Notes: a model not told the origin generated them from the sequence alone. 64,000 bases of DNA from Owenia fusiformis (GCA_903813345.2 CAIIXF020000001.1:31186001-31250000); one strand, 5' to 3'. Positions 26,301-36,238 are shown, counted from the stretch's first letter. Numbers and translations: made by a program.

Positions 26301-29300
26301 AAACCTCCCGTAACATCAACCACAGCTTTGTGATTTTTTAAAAAATCAAGCCCAAGAATACATGGATAGTCGATCTCAGCTATCAACATAGACTGTGGTA
26401 TCGTCATCCCCTGTCCTATTGACATTGAGCAATTGATTTTCTCTTGGGCTAGTAAACAATTACCATCTGCAACAGTTATCGCCACAACTGTCGACAGGCA
26501 GTCTATAGGACTGTTTTGCAATGTTTTGGCGATTTTCTTCGCAATGATACTGACTGTAGCCCCTGTATCTACGAGACAAAACAGGTGAGTGTTTTCTATT
26601 TTTGCCGGTAAAAATAGACCCCGACCTGGTACTTCAGGTACATCTGGTCCTATGCTATTTAGAGAGACCTCACCCGGACCTATTGGTTTGGCCTCTTCAC
26701 GTTTTTTGAGTAATTGAATGAACTGAGTAATTTATCTCTATGAGAATCCAATGCCTTACTGATTTTTGATTTTTCCAGGGGGAGTGTACATTCTCTTATG
26801 TAATGACTGCCTTTACAATTCCAACATTGTATATTCCTTATGTTTTTAGGGGCACTGGACTGTGATGGGGGTTTGGGTGTCATTGGACTCTCTGATGGAG
26901 TTAGAGCAGACAACCTAGCCTCGAGGGATTCGATATGTTGGAGAAGAGACAATTGATCGTTCTCTACAGTGCAAGGTCTTGCAGTCGAAAGTATGGATTC
27001 ATGAGAAGAAGTTCGATTGGACTCGTACCGAAGGGCTGAATTAACGGCTTCATCCAGTGTTTTAGGATCTGTCATCCCCACAGCCAATCTATGAGCCTCG
27101 TCATTTAAGGCATCCAGGAAGGCATTGATGGCAATTTTATTGAAGTATTCCCCTTCTAGATTGGGGTAGATCAGGGTGACAAGTCTTCGAATATCACAGC
27201 TTAGAGCTGAGACACTTTCGTTTGGTTTACGAAGTCTGTTTTTCAATTTGGTGAGAAGGGCACCATCTTGAAAAGGGGGATCAAACCTCTTTTGTAGAGC
27301 GTTTAGTAGAGAAGGATAGTCTTTCCTCTGTGCAGGACTCAAACCTGATAGGACAATAAGAGCATCACCCTTAAGAAGGGTAATCAGTTGGCAGACTTTC
27401 ATCTCATTGGTCCATTTACTTATATCCGCAAATGTTTCAAATTGTATTTTGAATTCCCTCCATTCGCTATTTCCGTCAAATGGGGGGATTTTGGCATGAG
27501 AACTGAATTTAAAATTCTGTTCAGGTACGCTTCCTGAAGAAGCTTGAAGTGGAATGTATGGTGCAGCCATGGATTTTGCTGGGTTTATCTGGTAGGCAGA
27601 ATTGGTGCGCGGATAATTTGATGGGGTATGTGATACAGGAATATCTTTCTGTAAACAGGATTGGTGTAGAGAGGGTATACCATATGAAGGTTGATATCCA
27701 GAAGACGGGTGAGGAGAGGGTATCCTCGTGGTCAATTGACTGATTGGATTATGTGGAATATTATAGGCAGATTGATTGATTGGTGAGAAAGAATTTGTTT
27801 TCTTCAGGTTGGTATGGGCTTCACCTGGCCCCATAGATACATAATTGCCAGGAACTGTTGGTGGAGAATCAACAGTATAAAGAGGGTATCGATAAATACC
27901 TTGAGGATCTGAATACACTGGAGTCGATTCCATTGGAGTGGACCTTCTGATTCCTCTATTCTCTACTGATCTTACATTATACCATCGAGGATCATTGTTT
28001 GATGTTACATAACCTTGAGGGTATTGAAAATTCCATTCCGCTTGTTGCGTATCCCTTTGAATCATTCTCGGAGTGAAGCTCTCACTTGGCTGTGAAGCCT
28101 CGTGGAAAGTTGGTCGCACTCTGAATGGAGGGATAGGTGACATTTCATGATGATGGTGATCCAATGGGGTCTGTTCAAATGTTTGGACTGACACAGATTT
28201 AACATTGTACATGTTATCTTTTCCCCTACTATCAGATGAAAAATGAACATGTGACGTTTTCCCCTGCAGTTGAGAAACGTCTCCATGTCCAGCATGGGCT
28301 AGTTCATCTTCACAATTGAGAGGGGACTTTTCTGACTTAGATTGACTGATGGATGGAGACAAAAGAAGATCCCCATAATTAGGATTCATCATGCCATGTT
28401 CAGAAACATAAGATTCAGCATTAAAAGGATCTTCATTGGCATTCAAAGGATCAACACCAAAATCGGTAGCTTCCTCCATGTGTACTGGGGAATATGAGGT
28501 ACCTTGCCCAAGGGATACCTCACTAGGGTTCAATATATTATGGGGTAGAACAGAAGCCCCGTCTTGTTGGTATACAGTTCCTATGGGAGGCTGAAGGAAC
28601 CGGGTAGTTCTTCTTGTATCCGACCTAGGGAGATAGGATTTCCGACTAACAGGGGAAAATAGTGCCATTCTAGGGAGAAAAGGATTCTTCAATATCTTCG
28701 TCCACAAGTGGGCCAATTATCAAGGGGATAACTTTAGTATCCCACCGCTGCCACCAATGTAAAATTCCTGATTAACTCTCTTTAAGGAAATTTATTTTTA
28801 AGGCTCAAAAGATGGGGACGGGAATTTGAAGGTCCATGGAGGCTCTTGGAGACGATTTAGAAACACAAAATAACAAATAGAGTTTGAAGGTGTAATTTAA
28901 TTAAGATAAATAATATATTTGCTTGACAAAATAAATGGAATGTGTATATTAAGGTCAAGGAAGGAGCTAAGTAATGGGTTAATGAAATGAAGAACTTGAA
29001 GGCTAAATGAAGGGGTTGAAGACTATGAAGACTAAATGAGGGGGTTGAAGACTATGAATGAAGGTGTTGAAGAATGAATGAGGAGGTTGAAGACTATGAA
29101 GACTGAATGAGGGGGTTGAAGACTATGAAGACTGAATGAGGGGGTCGAAGACTGAATGAGGGGGTTGAAGACTATGAAGACTGAATGAGGCAAAACAAGA
29201 CAAAATGGAATCTGTATATTAAATCGGATCAAATATGGTGAAAATCTTGATAATTCAAGCTAATAGAATAGAATGAGTCCTTCCAACACCTTTCAACACT

Positions 29301-32300
29301 TTAAAAATGTACAATAAAGAATGGCACCAGATATCAAATGAATCTATATTGTAAAATTATTGATTACCTTAAATGATGAATTTTCCATGTGGAAATAAAA
29401 ACGTCCTATCCCGTCGGTAACTGAATGGATACTACACGTGGTTAGGCCACTTGAGGAACGAAAATAAAATTCACAAGAATACCTTTCCGACGGGTTGTGA
29501 TGCAAATAAAATGCGCCTAAATTCAAATATACGGCAATAAACAAATAATACAATCATAAACTTAACTAGCAATGGATATTTATACAAAAACAATGATTAT
29601 ATATAACGAGACTACACACGAGATTTGACACGAGACTTACAAATGTGAAAACAAAAATATTGGAAAGCTTTTGAAATATACAAAATAAAGCATAACACAT
29701 AAGAACAGAGCAAGGAAAGAAAATCAAAATAACAATTCAGCAGTTCAAATGAAGGTCTAACAACATATACAAACTTAAATTATAGAAACAAACTGCTGGA
29801 ATGTTACAGCATTATATAACTGCTTACGCAAACGTCTTTGAGTTGGTCTATATTAATAAACATGACTCACACCTTCCAAAGTAAAGTAGATATACTTAGT
29901 AATAACAAAATTGTCATAAAGTGTCCCCAACAGACACCTGGTTTGGTTTGTTGGACCTCCTAAAATGTCCTATACAATACAGTGTACATGTTTGCCATAT
30001 TTCTGTGCACTTTTCAGACCATGAAACATCACATTGACATTTTCATTACAATATAATACACACATCTTCATACAAACTTGTAAGTCGTAATAATTCCACC
30101 TTAAGGAAGTTCAAGTTGGGATCTCAAGAAATTATCCACCTTTTCATCTAACCATTCAGCTGTTTTGGCTATAACTCAAATACTGGCTGGCAGATTTAGT
30201 CTAAGTTTCATAATGCTGATGCCTTATTGACAATAAGTTATTGTCTTAGGACCTCTACTCAAAAACAAAGGAATTCCTAATTTGTTGTCATGTCATGGGT
30301 GTAGATTTTGCCTAAAGGAGACATTACTACTGCCTTGTTATTTCTACTCTACGAATAAAATCTTTAAAATTACTAGTGGTTTGATAATACATATTTTGCT
30401 CAGTGAGAATTGCTACTCAAGGGAGCTGCTGTTTGAAAAATGGCAGGCATATTATTATTTTTTGCTATAACCCAAGCTATAACCTCATTTGAAAAGAAAT
30501 TGAATGACAAAGATTTTGTTTTTATTTAGATGCAAATACATGTAAGAATGACAATAATGTTTTGATAATTCATCTAGTATGGTGGCTGTTTTGATCAATG
30601 ATTTCTAGCGTTCTTGTCTGACACCGTATTAGTTATTCAAATGTTTGTCAAACAGGATCACTCTCGACCAATCACAAAAGGGCCAAGATAACACTATGGT
30701 GCGATGATTTAACTGTTCCCTTCTGGTTCTTGAACTGTTTGGACATTTATATGATCATGTAAGGATTGCTACTGCAAATATAATATGTAATGTTGCATGC
30801 ATTGTATAGGCCTGTACTAGACCTGCATTTGAGGTAAGGGTAGCCATTGGGGGACATGTGGGAACTGCAGGTTTCTCTGGAGGAGGTACTTTTGTACCAT
30901 CAATGTCCTTTCTGAATGTTACATGAAATTGCCTCTCTGCTAGTGGCAAAGTTAACTGTTGCATCCCTGTTCCATCTGCCCTCTCACTAAACACCACTGT
31001 CCCAATATCCAGGTACCATGTCAGTCCACTGCCTTTTGCTACAAATGTATCATTGATATTTGTAGGTAGCAGATTAAATGTCCCAATCCCATATTTCAAT
31101 TGAAGAAATTCAATTCCATTTAATTTCAATAGTTCAACTGTACACACGCCACTCATGTAACTCCCGTATGTACCTGCATATTCAATCAAAGGGTTTGTTG
31201 TGATATTATTGGAGCTGCCATCTGGAAGATTGTTAGTTACAGGTGGCTGGTACTGCTGTGGGTATGTACACACATTTGTCTGGTTCAACCATGGTGTGTA
31301 ACCCATAAGGAGATCAGCTGTGAATAACTGTGTTGCATAGTTGAGAGAGTTCAGTCCACCTTTGTTTGTAGTTGTGAATATGCTGATGTTGTGGCTAGGA
31401 ATAAGGAGTAGGAACGAGGTATAGCCAGGAACTGAGCCTTCATGGTACACTATTGGCAAACCTGAAATGTATAAACATTACTACCTAGTATTGATTGAAC
31501 ATTCAGTTATTCTTTGGGGGTAATGGAACAATGGAATACCTTCCCGAAGGATCAAGTCCAATATTATGTCCAGCTTTTATTAGTTCTTAGGCTTCTATTT
31601 TAATAATTGATATTTACAATAGGTGCTGCATGGGAAATTCAGCACAGTTTACTGATACACTGTTCCTTATCACAAGATAATATTTACATGATTTGCACTT
31701 ACCTCTATAGTACCCAGTATAGAATCCTAAACCATACAGATCTTTTGAGAATGTTTCAGGGAAGTATGGTTTTGTTGCTATATAGGCACCATGGGCAGCA
31801 TAACTACCTCTCATAGCCTCGGATATTAGGGCACCATTTATGACCTGTTTACCATCTAGATTGCCTGTGTTCAGCAGCAGTTTCTGCCATTCTGCCATAT
31901 CACTGGCAGTCGTACAGATAGATGCCCCAGCTCCAACTGCCCCTATTACTCTACAATACAAAAAGTTCTTTTCATTTATTCATGTAAAAGTCAGGAGAGA
32001 AATGAATTAATGAAAAACAATCATTGCAACAGCTGTTATTTTAAAAAGATGCCTTTAATATCAAAGTCTTACTTCACAGACTCATATGCTATAGGATTTT
32101 TTATATTCTCAAACTCCATATGTGGTTTCGCAAAGTTGTTTTCCCATTCTACATGTGTGACATTATCCAGGAAAGTTGAGTTCACCATTCCTACTGGCTC
32201 AAATATTCTCTCACTCATTAGATCTTCCCAGGACTTTTTACCAAGTTTTTCTAGCATGTGTCCCACCAGCATATACATGATGTTGCTGTAGGTGAAGTCA

Positions 32301-35300
32301 ACTCTTGGTGCAGAGACAGGTTCCATATGGTGAATACGCCTATAATGATTAATGGTTCTATCAAAAACATATACATGTAGTTCTTAGTATTAGTTTTTAT
32401 TGCACTTTGAAAAGGTGCTATATTGTCCTAATCTTTTATCACACCACTGGCAGGATATAGTCATCATGATAATGGTGTCATTTTGAGTATGATCATGATT
32501 GGTGTCCTGCGTTTTATCGCACTTAAAATAGTGCTAATTAGTCATTGCTTTGTGTTGATGGTCATGTATAGGTGTGTCTGGGAGGGAAGGAGCTAGACAT
32601 GAGCAGATTAGTGCCAACATCTGATTAGGTTCTGGGTATGGTAACGTAAATTACATGGCAGCCTTTTTAATTTTTCAGGTATAGAGCTGAATAATTATTG
32701 TGAACCCTCAGTGTGGTACATCTATTATTACATGTTTTACTCTTTTCTTCAAGTGCAATATTTATCACATTGTGTCTTGTTTTCTATATGTTTAATACAT
32801 ATACATCACTGACTGAGGGGTGGTGTCCAGTTATCAACAGTTGTGGAATAACAAAGTTAATAGGGGGAGGGGGTAAATGATGCTTTAGTAAGCAAATTGT
32901 TTCGTTTTTTAAATATTTAATTCTAATGAAAGACAAATCAACATTTTAAAATTCCGTTAGATGAAGGGAAGAGGGGGGGGGGGTCAAACCATAAAGAATA
33001 TAACAATAAAAAATTGTTTTTTTAATTAACATACTTTATGAAAGAGCAAGTGACATCAACATTGACTACTTATCACAATTATCACCATATCTTGCGTTAA
33101 CAAGTTCCTGTTTTACAATCACAAATATTTTTATAAATATGTTCTACAAACCAGCTTAAGCATTCCAAGAAAATTCCTACATTAGAAGAAGATTTTCAAG
33201 TTGAAAAAATAAGTGCTTAACCCGAATTGTTTCCTAAACCTGATCAGATATAAGCAATAGTCCATGCTTGCATCTCTAAAAATCTCAAATAGAAAGAAAA
33301 CATGGTTTTCTTGGAATTTTGATGACAAGATTTGTGGAAAAATTCAAAATGACTGCCATGTAATTTACCCAGCATGCCCAAGACCTAAGACAATAGTCTG
33401 CTTTTGCATCAAGTTTAACTGATATGTGCTTTCCTGGAATTTGATGACAATGTTTATGTGTCCCCAACCTACATTCAGATGACACACCCATCAGAACAAG
33501 ACAAAGGCAATATAAGCCCTTATTCAAAGTGTGATAATAAAAAAGACGTCATATCATTATTTATATTTCCTGATGATGGGTTTGAGTCTCATTGGATTCA
33601 AGAGTTGAATCCCATTGGGTTCAAGAGTTTGATTTAAAATTCTTGCGTACCTGAGTATTTGCTCTTTGCTTAATCCCCCAGTCTTCAAGAGAAGATCTCT
33701 GTATGGGAAGCCCATCTTATGACTGAGGAGGTCTCTTAATGTAGAATGCTCAGTCCTCTGTGTGTCCCAGAATGCAAACTCTGGACCCAATACATTCTTC
33801 ACAGTTGTGTCAAACCCCTGCTCCAACCTAAATTGTAAAGCTGCATGTATTACTGCATAGTGGTGAGTCACATCCTCTCACAAATGCAGAACTGTCTCCC
33901 AGTGATGGGTATTACATAGAATTGTATCATCTCTTACATATTTATGTGTTTGACATACCCAGTAGAGGTTTGATTAATGAAGGTTGCTGACAGCAGTGCA
34001 GTGAAGTGCTTTGTAATGGATGCAATGTTGAACCGAGTGTGCTCTGTGACGTTGCCTTCCTTGGTGTTGTCTTTCACCCCATAACCCTTGGCTAGGACAG
34101 TATCTCCATCTTTTACAATAGATACCTAAGTGCCAAGATTCTGTTTCAGTTTATCCTATTTCAGTTCATTCTTAGAGACACCCCAGTTACACCAAACATA
34201 CATTTTACTTGATTATATCCATAAACACATTAATTTTAAAAATAGATGACACACAGCTGTGAATATTACGTTGTATGAGAAGGAAGCTTGTTGAGATATT
34301 CTCCTAATTTAGAAAATCAGTGCAAAAATTGATGCATTTGAATGTACATATATGACTCAGGCCAGTATACAGCCTTTGTCAAGGTCACTTTTCAAAAAAT
34401 TCAAGAGGGTTCACATTTGACAACTTTGGCTCAAAATCACTGCCAAAGTGCTCAGAATAGTATAGTAAAAACTGCATGATTTCAAAAGAGTTTTTGGCCA
34501 AGGGGGAGGGGTTCTCTCACCCCCCTGGCTATAGGCTTGTGACTGTTAATTTTAAAGTAAATACTTACTGCCATTCCTGGTATATTCCTGCATTGCATCC
34601 CATGTTCAATGAACTTGTCTAGAATCTCTTGGTCCACTTCTGTAAGTCCTTGTGCCCTCAGAATTGCAACAATGGCCAGGATGCCCAATGTTTTCAATAC
34701 ACTCAGAAACATATCACTTGCATCAAAACTCCAGCATCAAAAAGCTCAAATTACTTCAGTATACAGGATGAATGGTTTACTCACATATCATCTTGTTTGC
34801 TTGTTTAACAACACAAGTACAAGGGTCCCAATATGTTCTGACTCACTAAGACATTTTAATTTATTGGCTTTATTACTTTGATCTGCATTGAAGAAAAAAT
34901 ACTGTATAATTGTTATATATTGAGGGCGAGAGTGGTGTCAAAGCTCAATATTTACCCATGTCTCCAAGCTGACATGAATCACTTATTTTGCCCTGAAATC
35001 TGAAGAGTAGATTGATGGAACTTATTGAACACACCATCGTGTATGTATTAATAAAGAAAACTTATCTACAAGTATGAAATTAACAAAGATGCTAGATATG
35101 TGAGAGATAAGAGACAATATAATGCCATATATGATGTGCACTTTGATGTTTGCCTACTTGGATTGAAATTGATAATAACAATATTGTTCTGTAGATTCTG
35201 TTATATAATAAACTGAATGTGAATATTTTCCCCTTGTGCTATTTCCTATGTATCTAATCACCAATTTATAGTGTTAAAATATCCAAATACTAAGTACATG

Positions 35301-35905
35301 TATTTGTATAAGGTGAAATTGGGATATTGTAATATGTATGAATTCTCAGTTATAATGGAAATTGACTACATGTATTTACAATTATTTGTTGTTTTGTTGC
35401 TAGAGTATCCTATATAAAAATGTTGTTTTTAGAATTCTGTTACTCTGAGACAGATAAATAAACAGTCTTTATGATTACAATATTTTGCATATGTTTATCC
35501 TCAAAAGGCCCCCAGAAATTATCAATATGTCTTATTTGGTACATTGGGACTCAATTTTTGCAATTTTCAAAAACTGGGTTAAGATTTTCAAAAAAGTAAA
35601 AATAAAGATTAAAAGTAAGGCTAGGATTAGGTTTTTGATGAGAATGGTGACAGTTATGGCCTGCTGTTCATCCTGGAGAATATTTATACATGTATGTTAC
35701 ATTACAGCTTTCATTATCTATATATGTGAAATATAACTAAACCTAACTCTATCTGTGTCTTCAGGGAATGCAGCTTCATAGGAAAGCAGCAGAAGAGAGG
35801 TTGACCAACAGTGGTGCAGGGCAGTCCTTCTTGGCCAGACAAAGACAAGCTCATACACGCAGAACCCCCTCAGTTGCAATGGGACACCCCACAGCATCTA
35901 GGTGA
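2366..35905 (+). CDS. HOOK3: Protein Hook homolog (HOOK3-like dynein adaptor), 19 exons, 714 aa
   Basis: Phase-consistent GT-AG exons: 2366-2404, 3636-3721, 4366-4438, 4708-4758, 5089-5140, 5544-5692, 6202-6345, 6715-6812, 7345-7424, 7718-7782, 8301-8384, 8663-8791, 8946-9110, 9658-9727, 12272-12374, 13455-13595, 13967-14369, 14922-14993, 35765-35905 (2145 nt). Hook motifs [71 protein letters not shown]. Confidence 0.95.
11133..11959. mobile_element. MITE with internally repetitive inverted arms and 8-bp TSD
   Basis: TSD ATTGTAGG (11125-11132 and 11960-11967). The arms are tandem (A/T)CTCAACCC units at 11140-11265 and their inverse GGGTTGAG units at 11812-11952. Confidence 0.85.
12372..13087 (+). 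repeat. 21-bp minisatellite (about 34 copies) whose unit is the Hook exon-15 splice donor
   Basis: Consensus AAGGTATATCATT(G/A)CCATAG(C/T). The first copy is the real AAG|GTATGT donor at 12374/12375. Confidence 0.95.
14379..14677. mobile_element. hAT-like MITE, 9 bp into Hook intron 17
   Basis: About 50-bp TIRs starting TAGGGTGTTTCACTTTTCCACTTTTTTCTGATCAAGA; 8-bp TSD TAGGATAT/TAGGATCT (1 mismatch). Confidence 0.8.
16806..17856 (-). repeat. 3' LTR
   Basis: Direct repeat of 28758-29808. I could see only two differences (17222/29174 and 17466/29418). Confidence 0.97.
17857..17870 (-). other. Polypurine tract
   Basis: CAAAAAGGGGGCAG immediately before the 3' LTR on the - strand. Confidence 0.85.
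18041..19114 (-). CDS. Retrotransposon ORF3: three C2H2 zinc fingers plus a basic low-complexity tail with PLDLT and PIP-like motifs (probably a spliced 3' exon)
   Basis: Open frame from the acceptor tttatgttttccag|GCT at 19114. Fingers: [62 protein letters not shown]. Also [28 protein letters not shown]. No ATG before the fingers. Confidence 0.8.
   Translation of the reverse strand, partial: ADYQCVEHVGTGICGLRFQSPILLADHYQIVHPPLQYRCDRCVKDISFRSKRQLQKHMYNVHGPKYHCPTQGCTYIRPSYFKKDIAEHWKKYHSGPNNIPELLKMDFKDMKKPSAYLSSISSTPLYCTPPANPVPKPCTITTSQVPHITAKDPIPSQKKNPKRKVILSTTSPIRWDSSSDEEKQQPRERQIPTSKDSRKIEFKKARCDNTSPEMKPNHKQDAPLIPLSPNGNDESPIRRIEVSQIQMPPTFPNSNGPEEPSTEKKKKKKKTKKSKKSHPKERSEDGQRIKHRKKSIHEGEKKTHQKKGDYELDKVLESEIGSQPEMDFVFNVEQEEPLDLTLPTKTKNKITDYFSRI
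19276..19812 (-). pseudogene. pol: Pol: integrase C-terminal part
   Basis: Resumes in frame after removing the insertion (PRLI-CDLALG). GPY/F module WTGPFKV; C-terminus [16 protein letters not shown]. Confidence 0.9.
19813..23367 (+). mobile_element. ISL2EU-like (PIF/Harbinger-related) DNA transposon, non-autonomous, nested in the Gypsy integrase
   Basis: Perfect 18-bp TIRs ACACCTTTCCATAAAGTC (19813-19830 and 23350-23367), AT duplication (19811-19812 and 23368-23369), perfect 21-bp subterminal IR (19875-19895 and 23297-23317). Excision restores the integrase frame. A YqaJ cargo gene and AT TSD are characteristic of ISL2EU. Confidence 0.88.
20569..22461 (+). CDS. SAP-like + SWIM zinc finger + YqaJ (lambda exonuclease family) protein
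   Basis: Intact 628-aa ORF. SAP-like [34 protein letters not shown]; YqaJ motifs [37 protein letters not shown]. Probable upstream ATG exon (ATG|GTGAGT at 19985-19987) spliced in phase 0 to ttttttag|GAT at 20569. Confidence 0.9.
   Translation, partial: DSMKEQTVCDCEKLTTSDVDGSTFDGPINKLKKTECIKWLLCRNIKPHHKDTLASLRVKVQQTKEKQTIPDCELIIRDPDPNNANLRSKKSRCPKCKNNILPSGPSDGEDFISNFPTVGYTASFPKTLYGFTYADIESYAKNSGKVIKKSMVEKPFEKGYSFFHEGYIHDTVSVSKNNEHFVKSKCYQSQRKSNSPHSLKCHIIDTDVKMASCTCKAGKSGYCNHVIGLLYLIDFIGAQKLTSFPKEKSKTENPQQWHKPRSSGISADAIMSSTVISPKYGKVSKGIKPTLYDPRRNKTTLDIAMLHEQLVQHNSIIDFTLLTGHCPQNTGQITTSLGFDVPRGSVLSYQIPQSDPLFNIFDTIDYDSEPVLISPTLFIPFPWNPLPIYDVTNGPFDEDSQRFLDSYIQISANNSVDLEIDTRNQAESPLWHEARKYRITASKFGRICKRKTNEHTKFIKNELLNDHQIKPTEAMKFGIDHEAVAVNKYEQYRNDVKIEQCGLVVNPGIPFVGASPDRKILDQNRGLGLVEVKCSYKYRDVTVKEACDLKDGTFCMESINGKPCLKRNHDYYFQVQGQMGLCGSSFCDFIVYTNKGLCIERINFEQEFFQNMLLKISLFYFKDFLPLAIK
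23370..24571 (-). pseudogene. pol: Pol: end of RNase H plus integrase zinc finger and catalytic core (interrupted by a DNA transposon)
   Basis: [26 protein letters not shown] (H..GHLG..C..C), DDE (MDILGP, TDQG, VERSN). Ends at FGREPRLI at the insertion. Confidence 0.93.
24572..26707 (-). pseudogene. pol: Pol N-terminal part: protease, RT, RNase H (frameshifted at about 24580)
   Basis: The open frame extends upstream of the ORF-track start to the slippery site and contains protease [13 protein letters not shown] motifs [28 protein letters not shown]; RNase H motifs DTDAS and RELLA. It ends TDHGF* because a small deletion shifts the frame. Confidence 0.93.
26680..28668 (-). CDS. gag: Gag polyprotein
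   Basis: First ATG at 28668. About 390 aa of P/S/Y-rich N-terminus, a capsid-like region ([14 protein letters not shown]...[10 protein letters not shown]...LQKRF) and a zinc knuckle [13 protein letters not shown]. Confidence 0.9.
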   Translation of the reverse strand: MALFSPVSRKSYLPRSDTRRTTRFLQPPIGTVYQQDGASVLPHNILNPSEVSLGQGTSYSPVHMEEATDFGVDPLNANEDPFNAESYVSEHGMMNPNYGDLLLSPSISQSKSEKSPLNCEDELAHAGHGDVSQLQGKTSHVHFSSDSRGKDNMYNVKSVSVQTFEQTPLDHHHHEMSPIPPFRVRPTFHEASQPSESFTPRMIQRDTQQAEWNFQYPQGYVTSNNDPRWYNVRSVENRGIRRSTPMESTPVYSDPQGIYRYPLYTVDSPPTVPGNYVSMGPGEAHTNLKKTNSFSPINQSAYNIPHNPISQLTTRIPSPHPSSGYQPSYGIPSLHQSCLQKDIPVSHTPSNYPRTNSAYQINPAKSMAAPYIPLQASSGSVPEQNFKFSSHAKIPPFDGNSEWREFKIQFETFADISKWTNEMKVCQLITLLKGDALIVLSGLSPAQRKDYPSLLNALQKRFDPPFQDGALLTKLKNRLRKPNESVSALSCDIRRLVTLIYPNLEGEYFNKIAINAFLDALNDEAHRLAVGMTDPKTLDEAVNSALRYESNRTSSHESILSTARPCTVENDQLSLLQHIESLEARLSALTPSESPMTPKPPSQSSAPKNIRNIQCWNCKGSHYIRECTLPLEKSKISKALDSHRDKLLSSFNYSKNVKRPNQ
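28739..28756 (-). other. Primer binding site for tRNA-Leu
   Basis: TGGTGGCAGCGGTGGGAT, 1 nt after the 5' LTR, complementary to the 3' end of eukaryotic tRNA-Leu(AAG) (...AUCCCACCGCUGCCACCA). Confidence 0.9.
28758..29808 (-). repeat. 5' LTR
   Basis: TGTAAC...TTTACA on the - strand. Candidate TATAAATA at 29584-29577 and AATAAA about 35 nt from the LTR end; internal tandem array at about 28985-29190. Confidence 0.97.
30755..34712 (-). CDS. Serine beta-lactamase/AmpC-like hydrolase with signal peptide and possible GPI anchor, nested antisense in Hook intron 18 (6 exons, 569 aa)
   Basis: Phase-consistent exons 34712-34569, 34125-33959, 33827-33651, 32339-32073, 31950-31703, 31461-30755. Motifs [17 protein letters not shown] (SxxK), LRDLLSH, FTYSN (YxN), IFEPVGM, YGLGF, VYHEG. 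Hydrophobic N- and C-termini. Confidence 0.9.
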
Positions 35906-36238
35906 TCCTCTGGTGTTTTAGTGCAGACAAATTGGGTCTATTTTAGAGACTCTAATATTTTAGCATAAATTATATAATATATTACGCCATACAAAAGTTT
36001 AATAATGAAACAAAAGCTCATAGATTTTATATCAGAACTGAATATCATAATTGTTCAGAATATATCAAATTTCAACAAAGATCAAATTGCAATTATATGA
36101 GGAAAATATGTTATTTAGAGGGCTTCAAATAAGTAAAGTACATGTATACCAGTATAATGTATTCTTAGTGTTCCTATATCAATATGCCATGACATTTCAT
36201 GATGAATGCAAGCTTATAAGGAAGTTAATAACAGTTAT

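Larger units (their letters stand above)
16806..29808 (-). mobile_element. Full-length Ty3/Gypsy LTR retrotransposon with an extra 3' ORF, in Hook intron 18
   Basis: Two 1051-bp TG..CA LTRs, 4-bp TSD GCAT (16802-16805 and 29809-29812), PBS, PPT, and domain order gag-PR-RT-RH-IN. Confidence 0.98.

Noticed and set aside
28739..28756. tRNA gene
   Set aside because: Only the 18-nt 3' end of tRNA-Leu is present, as a PBS; there is no cloverleaf.
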